64,000 bases of DNA from Deinococcus sp. (GTDB lineage: Bacteria; Deinococcota; Deinococci; Deinococcales; Deinococcaceae): contig OZ253375.1 in assembly GCA_965261005.1 (NCBI GenBank), positions 1,472,001 to 1,536,000 of the forward strand, in the 5' to 3' direction. Each line of letters begins with the position of its first letter. Positions within the stretch are counted from its first letter, which is position 1. The translations under genes were made by a program, and so were the position numbers. Shown here one piece after another: positions 46,137 through 63,765 of this stretch. The notes beneath the pieces are model-generated. The model had not been told where the DNA came from. It made no database searches and worked only from the letters and a program-made list of their open reading frames with translations.

Positions 46137-47378
46137 TCACTGTACGCCCTGGGGCGCGCCGCCGAGGGCCAGTTGCGTTTCAAACAGCTGCGGTCCGAAG
46201 GTGTTGGCGAGCAGGGCGCGGTCCTGCGGCAGCGCCCGCGCCGGGCCGAGCTGGGCGACCTCGGGGGCCGGATCGTTGAGGCGCCCAGGCAGTGCGCCGC
46301 CCAGCAGGGCGCTGAGGCCCACGCCGGGATAATAAAAGCCCAGAATCTGCGCGAAGTTCCAGCTTTCGCCCGCCAAGCTGCTGGCCCCCCACTGTGACAA
46401 GCCCACGCCATGCCCGGCTCCGGCGCCCGAGATCAGCAGTGGGTCCGCGCCGCTCAGGGCGACCCGCGTGGAGTAGGCGCCCAGCGAGCGCAGGTAGCCG
46501 CCGGCCTCAGCTCCCTCCAAGCGCGCCGTGCCCGCCGTTCCGACAAAGCTGAGTTCCAAGGGGCGACCCGAGGCGCTCGCGCGCGTGACGCTCACGCTGC
46601 CGAGGGCGCCCACCCGGACGGCGTAGCGCGCCGCCACCTCGGCGGCGCGCGCGAGGGGCACGCTCAGGGTCCAGTTGCTTTTGGGGCCGCGCGAGGCCGG
46701 GTCGGGCTGGGCCACCAGGTACGGAACGTCGCTGCCCCACACCTCGCCGGCGCTGGCGGTAAAGCCGCCGCTGTCGCTGGAAAACACCGCCCGCGCCGCC
46801 TTCCCCGCGTAGGAGATGACCTGCCCGCTTGTCTGCGCCACCGCTTGATCGCTGCCGGGCGCCTCTCTGCCGAGGCCCGCGTACACCTGACACTGCTCGC
46901 CGGCGCACAGGTCGTAGTCCGCCCCCGGACTCAGGCGTGACACGGCGTAGGTACGCGCGATCACCGCCTGCGCCTTGAGGGCCTCTGCCGGCCAATTGAC
47001 CGGCATCTCGGCCGGCACCACGCCGCGCAGGTAGTCCTCCAAGTCCACGACGTTGATCGCCTTCACCTTGGCGCCCACCGCGCGCAGCAGCAGGCCGCCC
47101 CGGTAAGCCACCCCCGCGACGCTCACCACGCTGCCCGGCGCCGGCGGCAAGTACAAGCTGGCCGAGCCGGCGTCTTGGCCGTTCAGGCTCAGGTGGGTGC
47201 CGGCCACGCCCGCCGTCCACTCGGCGTAGGCTGTGGACGCCGCGCCCACGCCATACGTCGAGGCGGCGCCCAGCGGCACCCGAACTTGAACCGTAGAAGC
47301 CGAGTTCACCAATACGCGCAAGTTGACGGCCGAGGCGCCGCCGCACAGCAGCGCCAAGCAAAAGGTGAGGACGCGCAT
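46137..47378 (-). CDS. SpoIID/LytB domain protein
   Basis: LEDYLRGVVPAEM, EALKAQAVIARTY, CQVY, GHGVGLSQWGA, ILGFYYPG. Confidence 0.9.
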   Translation of the reverse strand: MRVLTFCLALLCGGASAVNLRVLVNSASTVQVRVPLGAASTYGVGAASTAYAEWTAGVAGTHLSLNGQDAGSASLYLPPAPGSVVSVAGVAYRGGLLLRAVGAKVKAINVVDLEDYLRGVVPAEMPVNWPAEALKAQAVIARTYAVSRLSPGADYDLCAGEQCQVYAGLGREAPGSDQAVAQTSGQVISYAGKAARAVFSSDSGGFTASAGEVWGSDVPYLVAQPDPASRGPKSNWTLSVPLARAAEVAARYAVRVGALGSVSVTRASASGRPLELSFVGTAGTARLEGAEAGGYLRSLGAYSTRVALSGADPLLISGAGAGHGVGLSQWGASSLAGESWNFAQILGFYYPGVGLSALLGGALPGRLNDPAPEVAQLGPARALPQDRALLANTFGPQLFETQLALGGAPQGVQ

Positions 47379-47456
47379 ATTCTCAGCACTATACTCGAAA
47401 CATAAGGAAAACATGATCGTCACGGCGAAGTTCACATTCCGGGAATGGCCGGTTTG

Positions 47457-48680
47457 ATGAGGGTGGGGCGGGTCTTTGCGCACGCCGGGCAGACCTTCGC
47501 GGGCGGCCACTACGACGTGCTGGTGGTGGGCGCCGGGCGGCTGGGCCTGGGCGCGGCCTTTTACCTGCGGCGCCTCGCGCCGGCGCTGCGGGTGCTGGTG
47601 GTGGAGCGCGAAGGCATTCCCAGCGAGTCGGGCGCCAGCGGCCGGGCGCGCGGCGTGTGGCGCCGCGCGGGATTGCCGCCAGAATGGCGCGGGCGGGCCG
47701 AGTGGGTGCGGCGGGTGTGGCAGGACCCGGCCCTGGAAACCGGAACCGCGCGGCCACACGACCCAGCGTTTCAGGGGGTGGGCTGGGCCGAACTGCAAGC
47801 GGCCGGACTGCCAGAAGTTGGACGGCCACAAGCCGGTCAGGGCGCGGACGCCGGGCTGGACCTGCTGACGCCCGGCGACTTTTCGGCCCACTTGAACGCG
47901 CCGGCGCGGGCACAACTGGCCGAACTCTGCGACCTCGGCGGCGTTCACGGCGTTCTGTTCGACGCTCAGGGCGGCTACGGCAGCGCCGTCACCTTGGCGC
48001 TGTCGTATGGCTACGCGGCGGTGGGGCTGGGCGCCGATTTGCTGCTGAACACCGAGGCGCGCCTCACGCCGGGGGGCGCGGAACTGCGGCGGCTCGACGT
48101 CACGCCACACATGCAGGTGGTGGTCGCGCAGCGCCTGGCGGTCACAGCGGGGCACACGGTCGTGGCCGCCGGCGCGTGGGGCAGCGCGCTGCTCGAAGAG
48201 GACCTGGGCCTGCCGGTCAAGCACGAACGGGCTTACGTGCAGTTTCCCAGGCTGGCCCTGGGCGCCGCGCCCGGGCTGCCGGTGCTCGCGGGGGCGGGCC
48301 TCACCTTGCGGCCCGGAGAGGGCGGTTTCCGCGTGCTGCCCCCACCCGGCGCCCCCGACCCGGCCGGCTATGAGCCGCGCGGCGCGCGCTTGGAAGGCGT
48401 GCCAGTGGGGATACGGCCGGAACTGCTGAAGTACTTGCTGGGTGCGCTGGACGTTTGGCCCATGTTGACGGGCGGAAAGCTCGACTTGGGCAAAACCTTG
48501 GCGGACGTGCCGGGCACTTGGGAAGCGCGTCCCCTGGGCGGCTGGCCGCTATGGGAGCGGGTTTCCCAGGGCGTCAGTTTGCTGCTGGGCGGCCCCGAGA
48601 GCGACCGCGCCGGACTGGCGGTGGCCTACGACTTGGCGGCGGCCTTGGCCGGCGTGAAAGCACGCCCTTGGCACCGTTGA
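47457..48680 (+). CDS. FAD-dependent oxidoreductase (DAO family)
   Basis: YDVLVVGAGRLG dinucleotide-binding motif; VVAAGAW. Confidence 0.82.
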   Translation: MRVGRVFAHAGQTFAGGHYDVLVVGAGRLGLGAAFYLRRLAPALRVLVVEREGIPSESGASGRARGVWRRAGLPPEWRGRAEWVRRVWQDPALETGTARPHDPAFQGVGWAELQAAGLPEVGRPQAGQGADAGLDLLTPGDFSAHLNAPARAQLAELCDLGGVHGVLFDAQGGYGSAVTLALSYGYAAVGLGADLLLNTEARLTPGGAELRRLDVTPHMQVVVAQRLAVTAGHTVVAAGAWGSALLEEDLGLPVKHERAYVQFPRLALGAAPGLPVLAGAGLTLRPGEGGFRVLPPPGAPDPAGYEPRGARLEGVPVGIRPELLKYLLGALDVWPMLTGGKLDLGKTLADVPGTWEARPLGGWPLWERVSQGVSLLLGGPESDRAGLAVAYDLAAALAGVKARPWHR

Positions 48681-48696
48681 TTGGTTAGCATGGCGT

Positions 48697-50208
<1,512 letters not shown>

Positions 50209-50223
50209 CGAATTGACCAAACA

Positions 50224-50255
50224 AAAAAAGTGGCCGAACTGTTCAGTTCGGCCAC
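50224..50255 (-). terminator. Terminator downstream of 16S rRNA
   Basis: GTGGCCGAACTG/CAGTTCGGCCAC stem with an A-run on the left. Confidence 0.8.
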
Positions 50256-50292
50256 CGCACAACAATCAAAAGGGCGAGAGTATAGAGATGAA

Positions 50293-51805
<1,513 letters not shown>

Positions 51806-52012
51806 ATGGTTACCAAAAGGGCTAGAGCCCCCTAAGTACAAGCTTGTCCCATGCTCTCGCATGGCTTTTACTGCTCTTTTTGACAAGTCTGGAGGTCGGC
51901 TTGCGAGCCTGACGGCCCGGTTAACCTACCCGCTTGTCGCCTCCTGTCGGAGGTCCCTCATTCTCTCGTCTCGCCCTTTTGTCATGTTGCGCGCCTCGGA
52001 TGAGGCTTATAG

Positions 52013-52041
52013 AGATTACGGCATAAAGTGCCCGCTGTCAA
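52013..52041 (-). promoter_or_regulatory. rRNA promoter
   Basis: TTGACA-N17-TAATCT on the minus strand. Confidence 0.75.
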
Positions 52042-52141
52042 GCCCCTTTCACGCCTTCAGTCCAGCAGTCCAGTTCCCGGCAGGTTCGCCACGGCGCCCG
52101 GACAATACCCGTATAGTGATGGCGCGGAGAGGAACGAACCT

Positions 52142-53119
52142 ATGGACGAAGAGCTGAGCTTGCGTGACATCTCCGATATTCTGGGCCAGTACAAGATCCT
52201 AATTTTTGGTTTGCCCTTGCTGCTGGCCGTGATCGCCTTCGCGGCGGCGAGCTTTTTTCCTAAAACGTATACGTCGGAAGCGGTCGTGGCGCTGAACAAC
52301 ATCGCTGCTGGGGGAACGGCGAGTACGGTCACCCTCGATCCCAATCTGCTGCCCAGCGCGTCCGCCCTGGTGAGCGGCTACCAAGTCGCCGCGCCCAGGC
52401 GGCTCGCCGGGGTGTGGAATACGGACGCCGCCAAGGTGGCGGCGCAGTTCGGCATCAAGGCCGACGACAAGAGCGGCGTGATCAGCTTGACCGCGCGGGC
52501 GGAGCGGCCCGCCACGGCGCAGGCGCGCGCCGAGCAAGCGGTGGGCGACTTCGTCAGCTACACCAACGGCGTGGTCACCAACGTCCTCTTGGCGAGCTAC
52601 CGCTCGCGCTTGGAGCAAACCCAATTCGACCTCCAAAGTGACCGGCAGGTCGTCAAGAGCTTGCGCGCCTCGCTGGCGGGTACGCCCGCCGTGCTGTCCG
52701 GCCAAGGCGTCGCCAGCGGCCGGGACGGCGCCGCCGGGGCCGGACTTGATCCGCGCTTCGCGGGCAACGCCGACCAAGCGGCCAACCCGGCTTATTCCTA
52801 TTTGTCCGTGCAGATCGCGCAAACCGAGGCGCGTCTGGCTGGCAACGGCGCGCTGCTGGCCCAACTCCAGACCGCCGTGAATAACCCGGGGCAGCTCATC
52901 GCGTTGGCGCGCCAAACCACCCAGCTCAACCAACTGGCCGACCCCAACCTGGCCAACAAACCCGATGGGGTGGGGCGCGGCACGCTGACCATTCTGGCCT
53001 TGTTGCTGGGCGCCTTGCTCGCGGTGCTGATCGCCTTTGTGAGCCACGCTTTACGGCGGCCCGCGACGCCCACGCCTGCGCCACGCCGCGCCCTGACGCC
53101 CGAGTCCGACCTCCGCTGA
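52142..53119 (+). CDS. Wzz/chain-length determinant family protein
   Basis: MDEELSLRDI, N- and C-terminal TM segments, PKTYTSEA, coiled-coil region. Confidence 0.78.
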   Translation: MDEELSLRDISDILGQYKILIFGLPLLLAVIAFAAASFFPKTYTSEAVVALNNIAAGGTASTVTLDPNLLPSASALVSGYQVAAPRRLAGVWNTDAAKVAAQFGIKADDKSGVISLTARAERPATAQARAEQAVGDFVSYTNGVVTNVLLASYRSRLEQTQFDLQSDRQVVKSLRASLAGTPAVLSGQGVASGRDGAAGAGLDPRFAGNADQAANPAYSYLSVQIAQTEARLAGNGALLAQLQTAVNNPGQLIALARQTTQLNQLADPNLANKPDGVGRGTLTILALLLGALLAVLIAFVSHALRRPATPTPAPRRALTPESDLR

Positions 53120-53132
53120 GCGGCCGGGAACC

Positions 53133-55688
53133 GTGAGCGTCACCGCGCCCCGCTTTGCCGCCCGCCTGGACGCCTTTTTGCGGGCCACACTGGGCGGTGG
53201 GGCCACGCTTTTGCACGAAGAGGCGCCGGCGCACACGCTGCCGTTAACTGCGCTGGGCTGGACACCGGCGGTACAGGCCGGCTTCGGCCACGGTCAGGTC
53301 TACCGCCATCAAGCCGAGGCCTACCGCCTGCTGTCGGAAGGGCAGCACGTGATCGTGACCACGCCGACCGCCTCGGGCAAAACCGGCGCCTTTTTCCCGG
53401 CGGTGTTCGAAGGCCTTGCGCACGAGGAACAGGCGACCGCCCTTTTCATCTACCCGCTGGTGGCCCTCGGGCAGGACCAGCGCGACAAGCTGGAGGCGTT
53501 TTTGCGCGCGGGCCGCTTTTCCTGGGAAATTGGCGCCTTTCAGGGCGCGGCGCGGCCGGAAGCGGTGTTCCGTCCTGGCGTGCGCATGGTCACGGCCACC
53601 CCGGACAAGCTGCACTGGAGCTTCACCCATCCGGCAGTACAGGAGTTTTTAAAAAATTTGCGTTTCGTCGTGCTCGACGAGGCCCATACCTACCGGGGCG
53701 GCTTCGGCAGCGAGGTGGCCGGCCTGCTGCGCCGTTTGCTGGACCTCGCCCGGGCGCTGGGCGCCACGCCGCAGGTGATCCTTTCGACCGCCACCATCGG
53801 CAACCCCAGTGAGTTTGCACGCGAGCTGACCGGCCTGACGCCGCGCGAGGTGGGCGAGTCGGGCGCGGCGGGACACGGCAAGCGTTACTACCTGGCCGAC
53901 CACGGCGGGCAGCCGCGCCGCTTTTGGGACGCGGTGCAGCAGGCCAGCCGCGCGCAGGGTCTCAAGACGCTGGCCTTTTTCCGAGGGCGTTCGCGGGCTG
54001 CCCGGCTCTACTCGACCTACCGGGCGCACCCGCTGTACGGGCCGCACACCCACCTGTACATGGCGGGCACCTCCGGCCGGGCGGGGCGCCTGAGCGACTT
54101 TCGCGCGGCCGTGGGCGGCGTGATGTTCGCCACCAACGCGCTGGAGGCCGGGGTGGACATCGGCGACTTGGAGGTGGTGATCCTCGACGGCTATCCGGGC
54201 ACGCGCATGGCCTTTCGGCAGATGGCGGGCCGGGCGGGACGCGCCGGACCGGGCTTGGTGCTGTACCTGCCGGCGCTCGACGAGCGCGGTTTGCCGCACC
54301 CGGTGGACGCCTTTTACAGCAACGCGGGCAACTTCCGCGAGCTGCTGACCGGCCCGCTAGAAAGGGCCGTGATTGAGCCGGAGAATCCCTACATCGCCCC
54401 CAGGCACGCCGCGCGCGCCCAAGAAGAGCGCGCCAGCGCCGGCTTGCAAGGTGAAGCGTCCAAAAGCCGCTACTGGAACTTGCGCGGCGAGGGCAGCACC
54501 GCCTACGCCGTGGTGGAGCGCGCCGATTGGGAAGCGCGCGGCGTGGCCTCCCTGGCGGGCGCCTTTGAGACGCCCAGCCAGCACTACGCCCTGACCGAAA
54601 AGCACGAGGGCGCCATGTTCACGCTGGAGGGGCAGGGCTACCAGGTGGTGCGCTGGGAGGAGCATGGGGGCGGCACCGCCATTCTGGTCGAGCGGCAAAG
54701 TGCAGCGCCCTTGTTTACGCGCGGCCTTTACGAGACGGTGGTGCGGCCCGTGCAAATGGACGCTTGGACGCGGCGCGGCGCCCTCGCCACCCGCTACGGC
54801 GAGGTGGTGGTCACGCGGCGCTACACCGGGTACGCCATGCTGCGCCAAGTGTTCGCCCGCACCTGTGTCCAGTGCGACCGCGAACCCGAGCTGAGCGAGC
54901 GCAGCTGCCGCGCCTGCGGCGGGCGCATTCAGGACCGTATGCAGGACCAAAAGGTCGCTGAGCACGACTTCGAGGTGCCGCGGGAACTGCCCCCCTTTCG
55001 CACGGTGGCGCTGGAAGTCGGGGTGGACGGGCCGGGGGCCGTGGCACACACCCTCAAGCACCTGTTGCACAAGCTGATTCCCGAGCAGGTCGCCTGCGAC
55101 GCGGGCGACCTCGCGGGCGCCTTTCGACCGGGGCGCGACAACTATTTCTATCTATACGACGATTGGCGCGGCGGCCTCGGGGTCGCCCGGCGCGCGGCCG
55201 AACAGTTGGACGACCTGCTGGCCCGCGCCCTCGCGCTGTGCGCGCAGGGTTGCTGTGAGGCGGGCTGCTTCGAGTGCACCGCCACGGGGCGCTGCTTCTC
55301 CCCCTTTCTTCCCAGTGGCGAGCGGCGCCCCACCGACAAAAAAGCGACCCGCGAGGTGCTGGCGGCGGCCCTCGGCGTCGCGGTCGAGGCGCCCACACCC
55401 CGCCCGGCCACGCCGCTGAACTGGCTGGCCCAGGCGCGCGAATTGGTCGAATTGCGCGGCCTGAGCCTGACCGAGGTGAGCGCCAAGCTGGGCCTTCCCT
55501 CGCGCGAGCTGACGCGCGCCCTGTCCGGCGTGGGTCCTTTAAAAGTCCGGCACGCCAAGTTCGGCGAGGGCACCCTTCTGGGCGGCAGCGGGACGGGCGA
55601 GCGGCGCGAGGTGCTGGCCTACTTTCCCGGCGCGGGGCAGAAGAGATTGCTGGTGGAGCGCGCCGGGCTGGAGGTGCTGGAGGACTGA
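53133..55688 (+). CDS. DEAH-box helicase with DUF1998-like Cys cluster (Hrq/MrfA/SftH-like)
   Basis: TPTASGKT, DEAHTY, TNALEAGVDIG, QMAGRAGR, CxxC-CxxC, YDDWRGGLG, CCEAGCFEC. Confidence 0.88.
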   Translation: MSVTAPRFAARLDAFLRATLGGGATLLHEEAPAHTLPLTALGWTPAVQAGFGHGQVYRHQAEAYRLLSEGQHVIVTTPTASGKTGAFFPAVFEGLAHEEQATALFIYPLVALGQDQRDKLEAFLRAGRFSWEIGAFQGAARPEAVFRPGVRMVTATPDKLHWSFTHPAVQEFLKNLRFVVLDEAHTYRGGFGSEVAGLLRRLLDLARALGATPQVILSTATIGNPSEFARELTGLTPREVGESGAAGHGKRYYLADHGGQPRRFWDAVQQASRAQGLKTLAFFRGRSRAARLYSTYRAHPLYGPHTHLYMAGTSGRAGRLSDFRAAVGGVMFATNALEAGVDIGDLEVVILDGYPGTRMAFRQMAGRAGRAGPGLVLYLPALDERGLPHPVDAFYSNAGNFRELLTGPLERAVIEPENPYIAPRHAARAQEERASAGLQGEASKSRYWNLRGEGSTAYAVVERADWEARGVASLAGAFETPSQHYALTEKHEGAMFTLEGQGYQVVRWEEHGGGTAILVERQSAAPLFTRGLYETVVRPVQMDAWTRRGALATRYGEVVVTRRYTGYAMLRQVFARTCVQCDREPELSERSCRACGGRIQDRMQDQKVAEHDFEVPRELPPFRTVALEVGVDGPGAVAHTLKHLLHKLIPEQVACDAGDLAGAFRPGRDNYFYLYDDWRGGLGVARRAAEQLDDLLARALALCAQGCCEAGCFECTATGRCFSPFLPSGERRPTDKKATREVLAAALGVAVEAPTPRPATPLNWLAQARELVELRGLSLTEVSAKLGLPSRELTRALSGVGPLKVRHAKFGEGTLLGGSGTGERREVLAYFPGAGQKRLLVERAGLEVLED

Positions 55689-55710
55689 GGCGGGCCGCTA
55701 TACTTGTCCG

Positions 55711-58425
<2,715 letters not shown>

Positions 58426-58569
58426 CCAAGCGCGTGTCTTCAGAAATACTCTTCCAGGCACACTCTTTCCAAAAACACTCTTTAGGGAACGCTCTTTTCA
58501 AGAGCGCGTCAGGTTGAGGGGCTAGACTGGTCGAAAGTCTGGGGCGCCGCGTGAGGCCCCACAGAGGAC

Positions 58570-59046
58570 GTGATGACCAGAATACTCAACCACCTTTTGT
58601 TTGTGCTGCTGTGCGCGCTGTGCAGTTTGGCCTCCGCCCTGACGGTGCGCGTGACCGACCGCGACTTGCAAGGGCTGCTCGGCCAAGGCGAAAGCGCGGG
58701 CGGCAAGCTCACGCTGCAACTGTTGGCCGGCGCTTCCGGGCCGGTCACGGTGTTCATCAACGACGGCAGCTCGATTACCAGCTATCAGGGAACGGTGCAG
58801 GACGGACAACTCGCCCTCGACAAGTCGGCCGGCGGACAGTTGGCCAAGCTGCTCGCGGAACGTGGTCTGACCCTGACCGTTGTGACCGTACCCGCCATCA
58901 GCGACCGCTCGATCAGCTTGCCCGGTCTTCAGCCGCAGGACGGCAAGAAAAAGGACGTGAGCAACGCGGTCACGGATCAAGTCAAGGATCAGGCCAAGGA
59001 CAAGCTCAAAAGCCTGCCCGTCAACCCGGTCAAGGGGAAACCCTAA
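58570..59046 (+). CDS. Hypothetical secreted protein
   Basis: Signal peptide; GAGG RBS; upstream of a two-component pair. Confidence 0.65.
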   Translation: MMTRILNHLLFVLLCALCSLASALTVRVTDRDLQGLLGQGESAGGKLTLQLLAGASGPVTVFINDGSSITSYQGTVQDGQLALDKSAGGQLAKLLAERGLTLTVVTVPAISDRSISLPGLQPQDGKKKDVSNAVTDQVKDQAKDKLKSLPVNPVKGKP

Positions 59047-59080
59047 GCCGCCCCCCGCAAAGGACGCAAAGGAGACGCTC

Positions 59081-59740
<660 letters not shown>

Positions 59741-59772
59741 CGTGACGCGCCCCGCATGACCCTACGCCACAT

Positions 59773-61086
59773 ATGACCCTGCGCCTGCGCCTCGCCTTGG
59801 TGTACAGCCTGATCGCCTTTGTGCTGATCGCGGTCGTGGCCGGTGTTGGCACCTGGCTGCTGACGCGCGCCCTCGACCAACAGTTCGACGAGCGCCTGAA
59901 CGACCAAGCGACCTACGCGAGCGGGCTGCTCACCGGGGCCGTCAGCTTGGGCGATTACCGGCCCTCCGGCGGGGCGCTGCTGCTGGCCGTCAACAAGGAC
60001 GGCAGCGAGGCGTACCGTTCGCCGGCCTTGGCGCCGCTCAAACCGGGACCGCTGATTCAGGACGGCCACCAACAATTGGGGCGCGTCTCGGTGCGGGCCA
60101 TCGTGCGCCCGCTCGGCTCGCCGGGCGTCAGCATCGGAACGCTGTGGGTGGCCCTTCCCGACGACAGCTTAGAAAGCGCCAAGCGCAGCGCGTGGCAACT
60201 CCTGGCTTGGGGCTTGGCGGTGGCGCCCGCGCTGATGCTGATGCTGGGCTGGGCGGTGGGGCGCTATCTGCTGCGCGGCCTCAGCTCGGCGGCGCGGGTG
60301 GCCGAGCGGCTCGACCCGTTCGCCGGCAGCATTCCGCTGCCGCAGCGCCACGACGAGGTCTACCGCTTGCTGGAGGCGATCAACCGTTTGCTCGCCCGCA
60401 TCGAGACGCAGCAGCAGAACGAGAAGCGCCTGCTGGGCCAGATCGTGCACGAACTCGGCGCGCCGTTGACGGCCATCAAGGCTTACCTGGCGCGCGCCAG
60501 CGCGCGCACGGGGGACGCCGAGGTGGCCCGCGCGGAATTGGTGGCCGAGGAGCTGTCCTTTACCGCCCAGGACTTGATGCAGCTCGCGCGCGGCCAAACC
60601 GACTTCGCGCTGGCGCTGCACTTTCTGCCCGCCTTTTTGCTGCGCGAGCGCCTCGACCGCTTGGTGCCCGGCGTACGGTACCTGGGCGACTGGAACGTGA
60701 TGGTGCTGTGTGACCCCGACCGCCTCGTGCAGGCGCTGCGCAACGTGCTGGCCAACGCGCGCCGCGCCGCCGGGGCGGCGGGCCACGTCGAGTTGTGCCT
60801 GGAGGAGCGCGGCAGCCAAGTGCGCTTCGTCGCGCGCGACAGCGGCCCCGGCTTGCCGCTGGGGCTGGGCGAGCGCATCTTCGACCCCTTCGTGTCGGGC
60901 AGCGGTTCCAGCGGCCTGGGGCTGAGCGTGTCGCGCCAGATCACCCAGCAGCACGGCGGGCAATTGACCGGCGAGAACCGCCCAGAGGGGGGCGCCGAGT
61001 TCGTGCTGAGCTTGCCCGGCGCCAGCACCCTGGACGAGGAGGACGTGGACGAGCCGGCGGACGTGGTGGACGGCCGCCCCATTTGA
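59773..61086 (+). CDS. Membrane sensor histidine kinase (HAMP-HisKA-HATPase)
   Basis: Two TM segments, [26 protein letters not shown]. Confidence 0.9.
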   Translation: MTLRLRLALVYSLIAFVLIAVVAGVGTWLLTRALDQQFDERLNDQATYASGLLTGAVSLGDYRPSGGALLLAVNKDGSEAYRSPALAPLKPGPLIQDGHQQLGRVSVRAIVRPLGSPGVSIGTLWVALPDDSLESAKRSAWQLLAWGLAVAPALMLMLGWAVGRYLLRGLSSAARVAERLDPFAGSIPLPQRHDEVYRLLEAINRLLARIETQQQNEKRLLGQIVHELGAPLTAIKAYLARASARTGDAEVARAELVAEELSFTAQDLMQLARGQTDFALALHFLPAFLLRERLDRLVPGVRYLGDWNVMVLCDPDRLVQALRNVLANARRAAGAAGHVELCLEERGSQVRFVARDSGPGLPLGLGERIFDPFVSGSGSSGLGLSVSRQITQQHGGQLTGENRPEGGAEFVLSLPGASTLDEEDVDEPADVVDGRPI

Positions 61087-61099
61087 GAAATTTGCTAGC

Positions 61100-61864
61100 G
61101 TGAGCGCCATGAACCAGTGGAACGCCGTGGTGCTGGGTGGCGGTGACCCCGGCGAGGCGCTGGCGGTCGCCCACGGGGTCGCCGTCAAACCCCTGATTGA
61201 GCTGGACGGGCGGCCGATGGGCCAGTACGTTCTGGAAGCGTTGCGGGGGAGCGGCTCGGTAAACCACGTCGCCTACGTCGGGCCGCTCACGCCGTCTATG
61301 CGCGGCTTGGTGGACTTGGAGGTGCCCGACGCGGGCCGCCTGATCGCCAATCTGGAGGCGGGCCTGCGGGCGCTGGGCGAGCAGCGGCGCGTGCTGGTCG
61401 CCACCGCCGACGTTCCCCTGATCAGCGGGGCCATGCTGCGGGACGTGCTGGACGCGGCGCCGGAAGCGGGTTTGGTCTACCCTATCGTGCGCCGCGAGGT
61501 GTGCGAGGCGGCCTTTCCGGGGGTGAAGCGCACCTACGTCAAGCTGAAGGAGGGAAGGTTCACCGGCGGCAACGTGTTTCTGCTGGACCCGGCGCTGGCC
61601 TTGCGCTTTCTGCCCAAAATCGAACAGTTGCTGGCGCAGCGCAAACGGCCGCTGGCGCTGGCGGGGCTGATCGGCTGGCCGGTGCTGGTCAGGCTGCTGA
61701 CCGGACGCCTGAGTTTGTCCGAATTGGAGCGGCGCGTCTCCGCCATTCTGGGCGCCCCGGTGCGCGCCCTAATCAGCGAGCACGCCGCCATCGGCACCGA
61801 CGTGGACAAGGAGGCGGACCTGGACTTGGTTCGCGCCCGCTTGAAGCAGGCCCCTTCTTCATAG
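61100..61864 (+). CDS. MobA-like NTP transferase family protein
   Basis: AVVLGGG, KPL, TADVP, DVDK; true start may be the ATG at 61109. Confidence 0.8.
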   Translation: MSAMNQWNAVVLGGGDPGEALAVAHGVAVKPLIELDGRPMGQYVLEALRGSGSVNHVAYVGPLTPSMRGLVDLEVPDAGRLIANLEAGLRALGEQRRVLVATADVPLISGAMLRDVLDAAPEAGLVYPIVRREVCEAAFPGVKRTYVKLKEGRFTGGNVFLLDPALALRFLPKIEQLLAQRKRPLALAGLIGWPVLVRLLTGRLSLSELERRVSAILGAPVRALISEHAAIGTDVDKEADLDLVRARLKQAPSS

Positions 61865-61915
61865 TCGGGACACCTGACTGTTGCCAGCGCGCGGCGCGGC
61901 ACCCATAATGGGCGG

Positions 61916-62152
<237 letters not shown>

Positions 62153-62178
62153 GCAGAATCCGTATAAAGCACAAGTCC

Positions 62179-62210
62179 AAAAAAAGCCCCGATTGCTCGG
62201 GGCTTTTTTT
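62179..62210. terminator. Bidirectional intrinsic terminator
   Basis: A7-GCCCCGA-TTGC-TCGGGGC-T7. Confidence 0.88.
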
Positions 62211-63679
62211 TATTCCTGCTGCTCTTCTGTCGCTTGCGCCGTCGCCGCGGCGTCCTCCGCGATGGTCTGTTCTGGGTCGGGCCGCACCTCAGTCACAGGG
62301 TCGCCCGAGCCATCAATGGCCGCAGCGTTCGCCTCATCGCTGGTTTCCGAGTTGATTTCTATAGCGCCCGATTTCTGGTCGCCCGAGCTGTGGGGTTCTT
62401 GGTCTTGTTGGGTGTTCACCGTTGTCCGGTCGCTCAGGCGCTGTACAGCCGTCACCAGCGCCTTTTCGCGCAGCAACGAGGCGGCGTAATTTTGCAGGCC
62501 GACATCGCCCAGCTGCGTTCTCAGCTGCTGGGCGGTCATGCGGTTGGCCTGCGCCAAGGCGCCCAAGCTGGCGTCCAACTCGCTTTGGGTCAGGCCGAGC
62601 TGCATGTCCTCGGCCAACTGCTCCAAGGCGAGGTCGCGCTTCACGCGCTTCTCGGCGTTGCCGCGCAGGTCATTCATAAAGTCGTCCAGCTTGCCCTGCT
62701 CGGTCATGAAGATCTCGTACTCGGCCCACGGCACGCCTTGGCGGCCCAGGTCGTCCTGAATTTCCGCCAGCATCGCCTCGCGGCGGCGCTCGATCATGGC
62801 GCGGGGGATGTCGGCCCCCATGCCGCCGGTCAGCTGCTCCACAAAGGCCTCGCGGCGGGTCGCGTCGCCCTCCTCGCGGGCGCGGCGCTCCAACTCGGCG
62901 CGCAAGTCGGCGCGCAGCTTTTCCAGCGAGTCGAAGTTGAGGCTCTTCGCGAACTCGTCGTCGAGGGCCTGCAACTGCTTGTCCTTGACGTCCACGATCT
63001 TGACCCGCACACTGCTGGCCTCATGCTCGTGATCGCCGTGAGCATGGGCCGGCACCTCAATGGTCACCTCGTCACCCACCGACTTGCCGCTGAGGGCGTC
63101 TCGCACGTAGGCTTCGGCCGAATCGAGGTAGATGGGGTAGGTGGCGCTCTCCTCTCCTTCCTGACCCTCCTCCGGCAGCTCCTCGACCGTCACCATGTCG
63201 CTGCCCGCAACCGGACGCTCCACGCTCTCGAAGGTCGCGTTGCGCTCTTGCAAGTCGGACAGCGTGCGCTCCAGCACCTCGTCCGTGATCGCCGGGGCGC
63301 TGTCTTCAAGCGCGAAGCTGCGCCAATCGGGCAGCTGCACCTCGGGGTACGTCTCGCCCCTCACGGTGAAGTCGAAGTCGGCGTTCTCCTCCAGCGTGGC
63401 GGGGGAAACCTCGGCGTCCACCATGTTGAGCTTCAGCTCGCTGACCGCGCGCGGATAATAATTCTCCAACAACCGCTCGCGCACCTCGTCCTCGATGTAG
63501 CCGCGCCCGACCCGCTTTTCCAGCACGCTGCGCGGCGCCTTGCCGGGCCGAAAGCCGGGCACGCGCACGTCGCGCGACACCGCGCTCCAGACTTGGTTGT
63601 AGGCGCTCTGCACGTCACCTCTCGGCACTGTCACGCGAAACTCGACCTTGTTGCCTTCCCGACTGATCAGCTCTGCCAT
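62210..63679 (-). CDS. tig: Trigger factor
   Basis: VPGFRPGKAP ribosome-binding motif, LDDEFAK; start MAELI after GGAG. Confidence 0.93.
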   Translation of the reverse strand: MAELISREGNKVEFRVTVPRGDVQSAYNQVWSAVSRDVRVPGFRPGKAPRSVLEKRVGRGYIEDEVRERLLENYYPRAVSELKLNMVDAEVSPATLEENADFDFTVRGETYPEVQLPDWRSFALEDSAPAITDEVLERTLSDLQERNATFESVERPVAGSDMVTVEELPEEGQEGEESATYPIYLDSAEAYVRDALSGKSVGDEVTIEVPAHAHGDHEHEASSVRVKIVDVKDKQLQALDDEFAKSLNFDSLEKLRADLRAELERRAREEGDATRREAFVEQLTGGMGADIPRAMIERRREAMLAEIQDDLGRQGVPWAEYEIFMTEQGKLDDFMNDLRGNAEKRVKRDLALEQLAEDMQLGLTQSELDASLGALAQANRMTAQQLRTQLGDVGLQNYAASLLREKALVTAVQRLSDRTTVNTQQDQEPHSSGDQKSGAIEINSETSDEANAAAIDGSGDPVTEVRPDPEQTIAEDAAATAQATEEQQE

Positions 63680-63765
63680 ACGTCTCCCGTCCTTGCTCAG
63701 CAATCTCTGGGCTTCAAATTTGGGCTTCAAGAAAAAACGGCCCGAGGTGGGGCCGCCGTCAAAAG

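Noticed and set aside
47379..48224. N-terminal extension of the 695-aa ORF
   Set aside because: Antisense to the FAD oxidoreductase; the SpoIID signal peptide starts at 47378.
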